Source: an uncultured delta proteobacterium (GTDB lineage Bacteria > Desulfobacterota > Binatia > HRBIN30 > BPIQ01). From it: a DNA stretch of 64,000 bases. A model generated the notes under the pieces. It was given only the letters and a program-made list of their open reading frames with translations. It made no database searches and was not told the origin of the DNA. Below, piece after piece: positions 54,791 to 64,000 of this stretch. Where the stretch lies: assembly GCA_963761335.1 (NCBI GenBank), contig CAVXGR010000016.1, forward strand, positions 1-64,000. The letters run 5' to 3'. Each line of letters begins with the position of its first letter. Positions within the stretch are counted from its first letter, which is position 1. The translations under genes and the position numbers were made by a program.

Positions 54791-54895
54791 CGGCGCGACC
54801 CCCTCTCGTCTGCGAATGGCAGAGTATCGGTGAGTGGCGGCGTTCGTTCAATGGGGGCCGGCGCTGTCGGCGCCGGCGCAATCTGAACCCAGCCG

Positions 54896-55501
54896 TCACT
54901 CGACCGCTTGGCGCATCCGTAGCCTGCGCATCCCAACGCCACCAACCAGTGCAACCGCGGCCGCCAGTCCCCATCCCCACCACGGCAGGTGACCGGCGAT
55001 GGTGATGCCACTGACGCCCAGGAAGATCTGAAACGCGGTGGTCGGCGCCAGGCCAACGACTGTCGCCAGCAGATACGTGCGCGTCGGCATGCGCGTCACC
55101 GCAGCGAACAGGTCGATCAGCGGGTTCGCCCACAGCAGCATGCGCAGGGCAAAGATCGTCGAGAACGGATGCGTGCGCAGGCGTTCTTCCCAACGCTGGA
55201 TCGAGGCCGGCACACGATCCATGAGCCCAATCCTGCCGAGCCAGCGCGCCGCACCGTAGGTGATCACGCTGGCCAGCAGGGTTGCGACAAATGAGTACGA
55301 AAATGCGACCGGCAACGACCAAATCGTGGTGGCCACCCACACCAACGGCGCCAGCATGAAGGCGGCAAACATGCCCATCGCCAGGGCGAAGAAGAGAAAG
55401 GGCGCCCACAGCCCGGCTCGCGCGATCATCACCTGGATCCTCTCGGGCTGGGCGAAGACCGCCAGCACACCAGCGCGCCACGCGATCACGAGCAGCGTCA
55501 C
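54896..55501 (-). CDS. TVP38/TMEM64 (DedA/VTT) family membrane protein
   Basis: Multi-TM, Y..ARWLGR, ALR, YLLATVVG.AP; the true start may be out-of-frame ATG 55520. Confidence 0.8.
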   Translation of the reverse strand: MTLLVIAWRAGVLAVFAQPERIQVMIARAGLWAPFLFFALAMGMFAAFMLAPLVWVATTIWSLPVAFSYSFVATLLASVITYGAARWLGRIGLMDRVPASIQRWEERLRTHPFSTIFALRMLLWANPLIDLFAAVTRMPTRTYLLATVVGLAPTTAFQIFLGVSGITIAGHLPWWGWGLAAAVALVGGVGMRRLRMRQAVE

Positions 55502-55732
55502 GCAGGGACGACTTTCTCATGTGACCACGAGTCGCGGCCCTATACCACGAGGCCGCTGGCGCACGCGACCGGTGCCGGTGCGTGCGCCGGTGCTGACCGG
55601 CGCGGGGCGTTTTCTTCGGCGGCGGTTTCGGTTTCTCTGTACCGCCCGCGATGCGGTTGCCGAGCAGCGGATTAACGATCTGTATACGGCTGCACACCTC
55701 ACGCTGTTGGCGTGACCGAAGCTGTCATTTCT

Positions 55733-55868
55733 CCGTTCTCATTCCCGGTTCTCATCCCGTCGTTTTCCATTGTTCTGCGGGCTGCGTCAGATCTCGGCCG
55801 GCTCCGGGGTTACTGCCGCTCTCGGAGCGAATGGAAAACGACGGGATGAGAACCGGGAATGAGAACGG
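55733..55868. repeat. Palindromic element copy C
   Basis: Perfect 39-bp inverted arms (55733-55771 / 55830-55868) around a 58-bp core; flank 55869-55920 is homologous to the flank of copy D. Confidence 0.95.
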
Positions 55869-55921
55869 GAAATTTGGAGGATTTCTCGAGGGGAGGACAA
55901 AAGACGCCGTGCGGGATGAAC

Positions 55922-56338
55922 TCACGTCCGCCGACGGCGCCGAGGTGTGTATCTGCCCGCGAGTAGCAGGAGAGGTGCCGCACCTCGACACCGGCCGTTC
56001 GCCATGGCGACGGCGTACGCCTCGCCCTCGTCGCGCAGCGGGTCGAGCTCGCAGGTGACCATGACCAGCACCTGGCCGGCGATCGGCGGACCGCAGGCGT
56101 CGCCGGCGCACTCGATTACCTTCACGGAGAAGCCGAGACCGCGCAGGCGGTGGAGGAGATACAGCCCGGCGAACCCCGCCCCCACGGCCACGGCGTCGAG
56201 GTGCGCAGCGCCGAGCCCGCAGGTCGCGACTTCCGTTTCCGTGGCGACGCCGATTTCTCTAGGAGAAGCGACGGTCTCTTCTCTCGCTACCCCGATATCA
56301 GCCGCGCGGAACGTGTCCGGAGTCGAGTGGTCGTCCCC
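55922..56338 (-). pseudogene. Internally deleted duplicate of the BVMO-esterase gene
   Basis: Mosaic matching ~51504-51637, ~51821-51862 and ~53886-54126; start ATG mutated. Confidence 0.9.
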
Positions 56339-56436
56339 CTGGCCGGGCACCGGTCTGTCGCCTGCCGCAAGCAACTGGCGCGCGGGAAGGCCCGGCTCCC
56401 CTTGCGCGCGCGCCAGACTGTACCTAAGACCGCTGC

Positions 56437-58319
56437 ATGGCGCGACGGTCCAAAGCCGACTCCTTTAGCGGGACGCTCAAGCCGGCGGACCCCTTTGAGC
56501 TCATCCGCTGGCTGGCGCGGTCGCAGCCCGATCCGCGCAAGGCTCTCGCCGAGCTCGTGCAGAACTCGATCGACGCCGGCGCACGGGAGGTCCACATCAC
56601 GCGACTGCGGGTGCGCGGCGTGACCGGCATCGTGATTCGCGATGACGGTGCCGGAGTGATTCCCGAGATGTCCCGCGACGAGGCCCTACGCTACATTGCC
56701 ACGCACATTGGCCACTCGCGCAAGGCGCAGCTGACGCCCGAGCAGCGGCGCGAGCTCATGCTACAGGGCAAGTACGGAATCGGCCTGCTCGGCTTCTGGG
56801 CGATCGGGCAGGCGCTGGAGATGCGCACGCAGATGGCCGGCGAGCCGTCGTGGGTGCTGCGGCTCCATGAGGACTCGCCTCGCTTCGAGGTCGAACGGGT
56901 GCGCTCCCGCCTGCAGCTCGGCGAGCGCGCCACCGAGGTCACCGTGCGTCACCTGCACCGGCCCGCTTTCTCGACGCTGAGCGGGCGGCGCATGGCAGAG
57001 TATCTCGCCGCCGAGCTGCGGGGCCAACTTCTCGGCCGCGGGGTGCGGATCCTGGTGCACGACAGAATCGGCCGCGGCCGCGCGCCGAAGGATCTCGAGG
57101 TGCGCCCGGCGCGCTTCCAGGGCCAGCGGCTGCCGCTGCCCGAGGAGATACCGGTCGACGGCTTCGCGCCGATCCGCGCCGAGATCTATCTGCTGCCGCA
57201 GGGCGAGGAGAGCGATCTGCGCGTCTCGGTGTCGGCGATGGGGACTCTCGTCTACGACGACGTCTGCGGTTTCGAGGCCGCCGATTTCCGCCGCCCGCCG
57301 TGGACCGACCACCGTCTCTCCGGGCTGCTCGAGTTTCGCGACTTTCAGGTGCCGCCCGGCTCCAGACGCGGCGTGCTCCCGGACGCGGCCGCACAGGCGT
57401 TTGCAGCAGCGCTGCGTCGCTGCGAGGGGCAGGTGCTCGCTGAGCTCGAGGCGGTGGAGGCTCGGGCCGCGGCGGCGCTCGAGGCAGACATGCTGCGCCA
57501 GCTGCAGCGGGTGTTTCGGGATCTGCCGCGGCTGGCGCCCGAGTACGACTTCTTCGGCATCCGCGACGGCGAAGGCGAGGCGGCGAGGAAAACCACTCCC
57601 GAGGGAGCGGGGATCGCGGCAGAGCCCCCGCCTTCGGGGAGGGCATGCCGCAAGCGGCGGTGGCGGAGGAGGACAGGCGCGAGTCGGCCGACCAGGTGGA
57701 TGTCTCCATGGCCGAGGAGGTGGAGGCGCAGCCTTCGTTGCTGCCGGCGGGGCCGCTGGCGGCATTGCATATCCGCCCTTCGGCGTCGCGGGTAGTGCGC
57801 CAGGGCACGAGGGCCTTGCGGGTCGAGGCGCGCGACGCCGCGGGAGTCCGCATCGAGCGCGATCTGCTGCTGCGCTGGAGCAGCGAGTCCGGCCTCGTCG
57901 CCGTCGCCGCCACCGGCCCGCGGACGGCGGAGGTGCGCGCCGGCAACGAGCTCGGCACGGCGATCGTACGCGCCGTCGCCGCCGAGGACGGACTGGAGGT
58001 CGCGGCCGAGGCCAAGGTGGCCGTGGTGATCGCCCTCGATCTGGATGCTGAGCGCGCCGGCATTCCCGAGCCGGTGTTTCTGAACGAACCCTACGCCGAG
58101 TGGCGTTCGCGGATGAGCTCCGGCAGCTGGGAGGTCAACGCCGGCCATCCGGATTTCCGTCACGCCTGTGAGAGCGCCCGGCGCAAGCTGCGCTACCTTG
58201 CTGCGCTGCTCGCCAAGGAGGTGGTCCTGCACTCCTTCCCGCAGCCCAATCTCGGCCCCAACCTGGAGCGTCTGGTGAGCGTCCTCTCGCTCACCGAGCG
58301 CCGTCTCGATCGCGGTTGA
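56437..58319 (+). pseudogene. GHKL (Hsp90/MORC-like) ATPase, split by one frameshift
   Basis: ELVQNSIDA, DDGAG, GKYGIG Bergerat motifs; frame change near 57635 continues in ORF 57645..58319. Confidence 0.8.
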
Positions 58320-58378
58320 CTCCTCCGCTGTGGGCGTGCATCAGGCTACCACGGACCCGACGACCGAGGAGCGCGATC

Positions 58379-59146
58379 ATGCCGATCCAGTGCTTCATCA
58401 TCATGCCCTTCGCCGATGAGTTCCTGCCGATTCGCGATGCGATCCGCGACGCGGTGGAATCGGCGTCCGACGGCGGAAGGGCGATCCGCGCCGACGACAT
58501 CTTTCGGCCCGGCAACGTTGTCGCCCAGGTCCAGAACGCGATCCGCGCCGCCGACTTCTGCGTCGCCGACGTCACGGGCAACAATCCGAACGTGATGTGG
58601 GAAGCGGGCTTCGCCAGTGCCCTGGGCAAGTCCGTGGTGGCCGTCCGGCAGAATGCCGAACAGCCTCCCTTCAACATCCGGGTCGACCGGATCTTCCAGT
58701 ACCAACGCGAGCGGCTCGACGACCTGCGTGACGAGCTGAAGAAGGTCAGTGCGCAGCTCCTCCCCGAGATCGAGGCGAACCCACCACCGCTCGGCTGGCG
58801 CTACGACGAGATCACCGAGCTGTCGCGTCGCCTGCGCCTCTGCACGCCCTTGCAGCAAGGCCGTGACCTCTTGTCGCTGCTCGGGGAGGCGGTGCGGGTC
58901 GATCGCAATGAACCCTGGGCGCGTGGCGACGAAGCGCGCCTGATGGCGGCGATCCAGCGGGTCCAGAGCTCCCCCACAGAACACCAGAACGCGTTTTGGT
59001 GGCTCACCGTGCACGGCCTCTTCGGCTACGACCAGATCCGTAGGTTCCAGAGCGGTGCCTCGAACGGGGTCCAGAGCAACCTTGAGCTCGTCGACCTCAC
59101 GCCCCGCGGCATCGCCTTCCTCGAGTGGCTCCGGCAACGCAATTGA
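58379..59146 (+). CDS. Nucleoside 2-deoxyribosyltransferase/TIR-like domain protein
   Basis: CFIIMPF, RADD, VADVTGNNPNVMWEAGFA, PFNI; RBS gagga; unknown C-terminal domain. Confidence 0.8.
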   Translation: MPIQCFIIMPFADEFLPIRDAIRDAVESASDGGRAIRADDIFRPGNVVAQVQNAIRAADFCVADVTGNNPNVMWEAGFASALGKSVVAVRQNAEQPPFNIRVDRIFQYQRERLDDLRDELKKVSAQLLPEIEANPPPLGWRYDEITELSRRLRLCTPLQQGRDLLSLLGEAVRVDRNEPWARGDEARLMAAIQRVQSSPTEHQNAFWWLTVHGLFGYDQIRRFQSGASNGVQSNLELVDLTPRGIAFLEWLRQRN

Positions 59147-59523
59147 GGCGCCGCCAGGTGGCGTCGCACCCGGCTGTGCCTCGCCAGAAGCGCTTTCAAG
59201 ACCAGGGACGGTGCAGCTTGGACTGCAATGGCGGAGGCGCTTGGCGAAAAAGCGGGAACCGTTCCCGGTCGGCGTGAGCTCGATTGCTGTTCGTGTTGGC
59301 TGGAGCGATTTGATCGCCTGTTCAATACGTCGGTTGGGTTCCTCCGCTCCTTTCCTCTCGTTCTTGACAGGTAGCGAAGGGGCGGCCTACAAGCGGGCGG
59401 GGGGCGGAGGAAGCGCCATGGATGCAGGGTCGACATGAGGTGGAGGCCGTGCCAATCGCGACGAACATCGCTGTTCACGGACGGTTTCTGGGAGGCCCTC
59501 CCGTTGCCTGCGGTGGGAATTCG

Positions 59524-59625
59524 CTCCCCGTGGTGCTGCGGCGCGAGGAGGTGAAGGATGTGCTCGCGCAGCTGAGGGGCGACAAGTGGCTGATGGCGGC
59601 GCTTCTCTATGGCAGCGGGCTTCGC
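59524..59625 (+). pseudogene. Integron-integrase-like tyrosine recombinase fragment
   Basis: LPVVLRREEVKDVLAQL...WLMAALLYGSGLR matches the IntI box I region; rest of the gene absent. Confidence 0.75.
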
Positions 59626-59627
59626 CG

Positions 59628-59775
59628 CAGCTCCGGCGACGCGACCCTGCTGCCGGCCATTCTCGCGGCCGCCGCCGAGCCCGCTCCGGCACCGAGCGCG
59701 GCGGAGCTCGAAGCCGACGGGGCGCGCCTCGGCATTGATCCTCTCTTCGTCCGCGGCATCAGTGAGGCGATCTGA
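59628..59775 (+). pseudogene. 3' fragment of an aldo/keto reductase paralog
   Basis: SSGDATLL...PLFVRGISEAI* parallels SSSDASLL...PLFVRGVSDAI* at 46360-46507. Confidence 0.85.
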
Positions 59776-59792
59776 AGGCGCGGAGAAAGCCT

Positions 59793-61688
59793 ATGTGCCG
59801 AGCTGTCGCCCTCCTCGGAGCAATGGCCATTCTGGGCTGGGGAGTTTCTGCTGTCGCCGAGAACGTGACCATCACCTTCTCTTCTCGGCCTCGGGCCTTT
59901 GTTACTTACGGTGGCGCGGTGTTCTTCCTCGCCGGCGAGATCGCCGAGCCAGTTCAGATCTGGCGAAGCGACGGAACCGAAAGCGGGACGGAGCTCGTCA
60001 CCTCCATGCACTCGATGAGCACCTGGTCAAAGGCCGCCGGGTCCCTCTATTTCGCAGGTGAAGATCAACGAGAAGGAGATGGCGGCTGGGAGCTATGGAA
60101 GACGGACGGCACGGTCGCGGGAACTGTGCTCGTCAAGGACATCTATGAAGGAACGCACAACTTGGGGTTTCCGGACCCACTCCCGAACGAGTCGTATCCA
60201 TCCGGCTTCGTGGAGCTCAACGGCAGTGTGCTGTTTCAGGCGACTGATGGCGAGCATGGACGCGAGCTGTGGGCGACGAACGGGACATCGATCGGGACGC
60301 GATTGGTGGCCGACATCGCCCCTGGTGCGGCATCCGCCTTCATCTATGATCCCTTCTATCCGTCGCCGCCGATGATTGCCGTCGGCGGCGCGGTGTTGTT
60401 CCTGCCAAACGACGGGATTCACGGCGACGAGCTCTGGCGAAGCGATGGGACTGAGCAGGGCACGTTCCTGGTGAAGGACATCAATCCTAGCGCCGACCGT
60501 TTCCAACCGGGCGCGACCCTCGATGAATTCGCGGTAGCGCAGGACCGCCTATTCTTCGCCGGAAATGATGGCGTTCACGGGAGAGAGCTGTGGGTGAGCG
60601 ATGGGTCGGAAGCGGGGACCCACATGGTCAAGGACATCAATCCGGGCCCGGAGTGGGCGCTCGGAATGTACCAGTTGTCGCCGATGGCGGAGCTCCACTC
60701 ATTCGTGTTCTTCAGCGCAACGGACGGTGTCCATCCGTACTATCTCTGGAGGACGGACGGCACGGAAGAAGGCACTCAAATCGTGCGCGACTCAGCAGAC
60801 GGACAGCCGATCGGCCCAGGCTGGACAATGACTCGAGTCGGCGATGTTCTGTTCTTCTTTGCGGCGCACGGAGAGAAGTCGGCGATTTGGAGGACCGACG
60901 CATCCGACGCAACCGCGAGCCTGGTCACCGATTGGCCCCCGGATGGCGGTTCTGCCTCGACGTTCATCGTCAACAGCCTGCACACGCCGTTCCTGGGGCT
61001 GATGCTCTTCAACAACTTCGATGACGCTCACGGAGTGGAGCTCTGGAGATCGGATGGGAGTGCCGCCGGGACGGAGTTGGTGGCAGATATCGCTCCCGGT
61101 CCCGCTTCGAGTATCCAATTCTCGGGTCAGGACTCTGCCGTTCTCGGAAAACTGCTGTTCTTTAGCGCCGATGACGGCACTCATGGAATCGAGCCCTGGG
61201 TAACCGACGGGACGCGAGAGGGGACTCGAATGCTCAAGAATCTGGCACCGGGTGATCGGGTAGTGACGGCGACCGCGACGCACACCATCGCCGTGAACAC
61301 GCAGACGCGGACGCCCGCCAGCTCACCGACTCCTTCACGTCAGCCCACGCCGACCAGGACTCTGCAAACGCCCCCGGTGACACTAACCTCGACGCCAATG
61401 CCGCCGGCAAGCGTCAGCCCGACCCCGACTCCACCGGGATGCCCCGGTGACTGCAATTTCGACGGCTCCCTCACCAGCGAAGATGTCCAGGTTGCCATCT
61501 CCGGGCTCTTCTCGACACATCTGCTTTGTCAGACAGTCGATTTCGATCGAGACGGACGCATTCGGGCTCACGAGATCCTTGGGTTGGTGGAGCAGATCGC
61601 CTCCGCCGCGTGCAACAACGCCACTGCGGCCAGGATGGCGGCGCCGGCGCCCTCCGGAGCGGCCTCGCCTGACCGGGCTGATCTTTGA
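59793..61688 (+). CDS. ELWxxDGT-repeat secreted protein with Pro/Thr linker and dockerin-like tail
   Basis: Repeated ELW.(S/T)DGT, PT-rich linker, CPGDCNFDG...VDFDRDGRI. Confidence 0.9.
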   Translation: MCRAVALLGAMAILGWGVSAVAENVTITFSSRPRAFVTYGGAVFFLAGEIAEPVQIWRSDGTESGTELVTSMHSMSTWSKAAGSLYFAGEDQREGDGGWELWKTDGTVAGTVLVKDIYEGTHNLGFPDPLPNESYPSGFVELNGSVLFQATDGEHGRELWATNGTSIGTRLVADIAPGAASAFIYDPFYPSPPMIAVGGAVLFLPNDGIHGDELWRSDGTEQGTFLVKDINPSADRFQPGATLDEFAVAQDRLFFAGNDGVHGRELWVSDGSEAGTHMVKDINPGPEWALGMYQLSPMAELHSFVFFSATDGVHPYYLWRTDGTEEGTQIVRDSADGQPIGPGWTMTRVGDVLFFFAAHGEKSAIWRTDASDATASLVTDWPPDGGSASTFIVNSLHTPFLGLMLFNNFDDAHGVELWRSDGSAAGTELVADIAPGPASSIQFSGQDSAVLGKLLFFSADDGTHGIEPWVTDGTREGTRMLKNLAPGDRVVTATATHTIAVNTQTRTPASSPTPSRQPTPTRTLQTPPVTLTSTPMPPASVSPTPTPPGCPGDCNFDGSLTSEDVQVAISGLFSTHLLCQTVDFDRDGRIRAHEILGLVEQIASAACNNATAARMAAPAPSGAASPDRADL

Positions 61689-61784
61689 TGTTGTGCCTGC
61701 GGCATGGCGTGAGTCCTCTTCTGGCTCAACGCCACCGCGATACGGTGCAACGCCTGGGGATTGCAGCCACCCTCTGGTCATTCC

Positions 61785-61921
61785 CCGTTCTCATCCCCGG
61801 TTCTCATCCCGTCGTTTTCCATTGGCTCTGAGATTGGCGAGTAACCCCGGAGCCGGCCGAGATCTGACGCAGCCCGCAGAACAATGGAAAACGACGGGAT
61901 GAGAACCGGGAATGAGAACGG
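61785..61921. repeat. Palindromic element copy D (tRNA-proximal)
   Basis: 39-bp inverted arms (1 mismatch) around a 59-bp core that is the reverse complement of the copy C core. Confidence 0.95.
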
Positions 61922-61950
61922 GAAATTTGGGGGTTTCTCGAGGGAGGGAC

Positions 61951-62003
61951 AAAAACGCCGCTGCGGGATGAAGGCCGCTGCGGGATGAACCCGAGCGGCG
62001 TTT
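61951..62003 (-). terminator. Probable terminator downstream of tRNA-Leu, with an internal 16-bp duplication
   Basis: aaacgccgct...agcggcgttttt stem on the minus strand; gccgctgcgggatgaa at 61957 and 61974. Confidence 0.65.
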
Positions 62004-62010
62004 CAAAAAG

Positions 62011-62094
62011 TGCGAGGAGGGGGACTTGAACCCCCACGGGTTTGACCCCACTAGCCCCTCAAGCTAGCGCGTCTGCCAGTTCCGCCATCCTCGC
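62011..62094 (-). tRNA. tRNA-Leu (GAG)
   Basis: Acceptor stem gcgagga/tcctcgc, anticodon arm ctagc-ttGAGgg-gctag, long variable arm, GTTCAAGTC T-loop; CCA not encoded; secG-tRNA-Leu synteny. Confidence 0.97.
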
Positions 62095-62130
62095 AAGGTC
62101 GGGGAGAATCGTGTCGGCGCTGCCGGCGGC

Positions 62131-62664
62131 TCAGTTGGCGGCGGGCGCGGGCGGCGGCGCCTGCCCGGCGTTTTGTGCCGGGGGCGCGGCAGCCGGCGCG
62201 TTCATCGCCGGCGCCTCGTCGGCCTTGGCCTGCGGCTCCGCCGCCGGAGCCTGTGGCGCTGCGGCCGGCGGGTTGGCCTGCGGCAGCACCGCCGGGGCCT
62301 GGGCCTCGGGGGCAGGGGCCGCCGGTGGCGCGGCGCTCTGGCCGCCGGACTCCGGCGCTCCTGGCACCAGCGGCGCCCCCGGCGCCTGGATCGGCGGCGG
62401 CTCGGGCAGCGAGCTGTCGAAGACGCTGGCGCTGAGCCGCTCCGAGGCGAGGAAGGACAGGCCGAGCGAGGTGCACATGTAGATCACCGCCGCGGCCGTG
62501 GTCAGGCGCGTGAGGAAGTTGCCGGCGCCGCTGCTGCCGAAGATGGTGGCGCTGCTGCCGCCGAAGACGGCGCCCATGTCGGCGCCTTTGCCCTGCTGCA
62601 GCAGGACGACGAGCACCAGCACGCCGCAGGCGAGGATGTGAATCACGGTGAAGGCAATGGACAT
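62131..62664 (-). CDS. secG: Preprotein translocase subunit SecG
   Basis: VLLQQGKGADMGAVFGG...NFLTRLT; long Pro/Ala tail. Confidence 0.95.
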   Translation of the reverse strand: MSIAFTVIHILACGVLVLVVLLQQGKGADMGAVFGGSSATIFGSSGAGNFLTRLTTAAAVIYMCTSLGLSFLASERLSASVFDSSLPEPPPIQAPGAPLVPGAPESGGQSAAPPAAPAPEAQAPAVLPQANPPAAAPQAPAAEPQAKADEAPAMNAPAAAPPAQNAGQAPPPAPAAN

Positions 62665-62670
62665 TGACGG

Positions 62671-63426
62671 CTACCTTTGAAAGCGCACAATGCGCGCAAA
62701 TGCCTCGGCTTGCAAGCTCGCGCCGCCCACCAGGGCGCCGTCGACGTCGGCCTCGGCCATGAGTGTGTCGATGTTGTCGGGCTTGACGCTGCCGCCGTAT
62801 AGAATCCGGCACTCGGTGGCGGCGCCGCCGCCGCCGATCTCCAGCAGCAGGCCGCGAATCGCCCGGTGGACCTCCTGCGCCTGCTGCGGCGTCGCCACCT
62901 TGCCCGTGCCGATGGCCCAGACCGGCTCGTAGGCGAGCGTCACCCTGGGAAGCGCGCCTCTCTCGATGCCGGCGAGCCCCTCGCGCACCTGCCTCTCGAT
63001 TACCGACATGGTGGCCTTGCCCTCGCGCTCGGCGAGCGTCTCGCCGACACAGAGGATCGGCGCGAGCTCCGCCGCCAGCGCGGCGCGCACCCTCTTGTTG
63101 GCGCTGTCGTTGCTCTCGCCGAAATAATGGCGGCGCTCCGAGTGGCCGATGATCACGTGGGTGCAGCCCGCCTCCAGCAGCATCGCCGCCGACACCTCGC
63201 CGGTATAGGCGCCGTCCTTCTCCCAGAAGAGGTTCTGCGCCGCCAGGCGCACGCCAGTGCCGGAGAGCGTGCGCGCCGCCTGCTCAAGAAGCGTGTACGG
63301 CGGCGCCACCAGGACCTCGCGGTCGGCGTGCTCGGCGACCAGTACCACCGCCGAGCTCAGCAGCTCGGCGGCCAGCGCGTGGCTGCCGTTCATCTTCCAG
63401 TTGCCGGCGATCAGGGGGCGGCGCAT
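62671..63426 (-). CDS. tpiA: Triose-phosphate isomerase
   Basis: AGNWKMN, GHSERR, AYEPVWAIGTG, YGGSVK, LVGGASL. Confidence 0.98.
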   Translation of the reverse strand: MRRPLIAGNWKMNGSHALAAELLSSAVVLVAEHADREVLVAPPYTLLEQAARTLSGTGVRLAAQNLFWEKDGAYTGEVSAAMLLEAGCTHVIIGHSERRHYFGESNDSANKRVRAALAAELAPILCVGETLAEREGKATMSVIERQVREGLAGIERGALPRVTLAYEPVWAIGTGKVATPQQAQEVHRAIRGLLLEIGGGGAATECRILYGGSVKPDNIDTLMAEADVDGALVGGASLQAEAFARIVRFQR

Positions 63427-63599
63427 CTCAGTGTCTCAGTGGCTCGGTGACTCAGTAGCTCGGTGGCCCGGTGTCTCAGTTTCTCAGTGTCTCAGTGGTC
63501 CGGTGACTTGGAAACCCGGAAACCCGGAAACCCGATCACCCGTTGTCCCAGTTACTTCGGCAACCGAGCCACCGAGAAACCGAGATACCGAGCCACTGA
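63427..63599. repeat. Octamer-period inverted repeat element
   Basis: ctcagtgt/ctcggtgg-type octamers, ggaaaccc x3, then complementary accgagcc/accgagaa octamers; fills the gap-tpiA spacer. Confidence 0.85.
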
Positions 63600-63600
63600 C

Positions 63601-64000
63601 TCACAGGCTCTTGCCGATGAAGCGGGTGACGTCGCACATGCGATTGGAGAAGCCCCACTCGTTGTCGTACCAGGAGAGCACCTTGATGAAGTTGTCGGTC
63701 GTCACCTTGGTGAGCTGCGAGTCGAAGATCGACGAGTGCGGGTCGCCGTTGAAATCCACCGACACCACCGGCTCGTCGCAGTATGCCAGCACGCCGCGCA
63801 GCGGTCCCTCGGCGGCGGCCTTCATGGCGCTGTTGATGTCCGCTTCGGTGACCTTCTTGTCGAGCTCCGCCACCAGGTCGACGAGCGACACGTTGGCCGT
63901 GGGGACGCGCACCGCCATACCGTCGAGTCGGCCCTTGAGCTCCGGCAGCACCTCACCCACGGCCTTCGCCGCGCCCGTGGTCGTCGGGATCATGGAGATG
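63601..64000 (-). CDS. gap: Glyceraldehyde-3-phosphate dehydrogenase, 3' part
   Basis: [29 protein letters not shown]. Confidence 0.97.
   Translation of the reverse strand, partial: ISMIPTTTGAAKAVGEVLPELKGRLDGMAVRVPTANVSLVDLVAELDKKVTEADINSAMKAAAEGPLRGVLAYCDEPVVSVDFNGDPHSSIFDSQLTKVTTDNFIKVLSWYDNEWGFSNRMCDVTRFIGKSL

Noticed and set aside
55659..55712. attC-like site next to copy C (gccgagcagcgg...cacgctgttggcg)
   Set aside because: Only the outer boxes pair, the AAC triplet is degenerate and the inner boxes do not pair; at most a remnant.
55723..55732. TGTCA at the outer edge of copy C as a Tn7/IS21-like transposon end
   Set aside because: No matching TGACA at any right end and no target-site duplication; a degenerate MITE origin is not excluded.
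57600..57660. Programmed ribosomal frameshift in the GHKL ATPase
   Set aside because: No canonical slippery heptamer, and neighbouring genes also carry indels.
59364..59393. sigma70-like TTGACA-N18-TACAAG promoter
   Set aside because: Weak -10, non-optimal spacing and only gene remnants directly downstream.

Overview
High-GC bacterial chromosome segment. A Deltaproteobacteria-like lineage, possibly Candidatus Binatia, is inferred from gene content and a CxGDC dockerin-like tail. The left ~40 kb is mostly intact housekeeping and surface genes: TonB receptor-YfiR, a sigma54/NtrC-type amtB-PII-glnA operon, lspA-ileS, pgeF, pcrA, rlmE, pilMNOPQ-aroK-aroB, two lipoproteins including a large Ig-repeat protein, ddl, an XRE regulator behind an attenuator-like leader, a fimT-pilVWX operon flanked by two inverted pilY1+DUF5666-like modules, and c-type cytochromes. 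From ~40.9 kb to tRNA-Leu(GAG) at 62.0 kb lies an accessory island with frameshifted genes, an internally deleted gene duplicate, an integron-integrase fragment and candidate defence genes. It is punctuated by four copies of a ~135-bp palindromic element (up to 39-bp inverted arms, 58-59-bp core) whose core occurs in both orientations against the same flank. This is the strongest candidate for an undescribed system. The window ends with secG, tpiA and the 3' part of gap, with no pgk between gap and tpiA. Five intergenic 8-bp-period inverted repeat elements are scattered through the core region. All calls were made by eye from motifs; no database searches were run.
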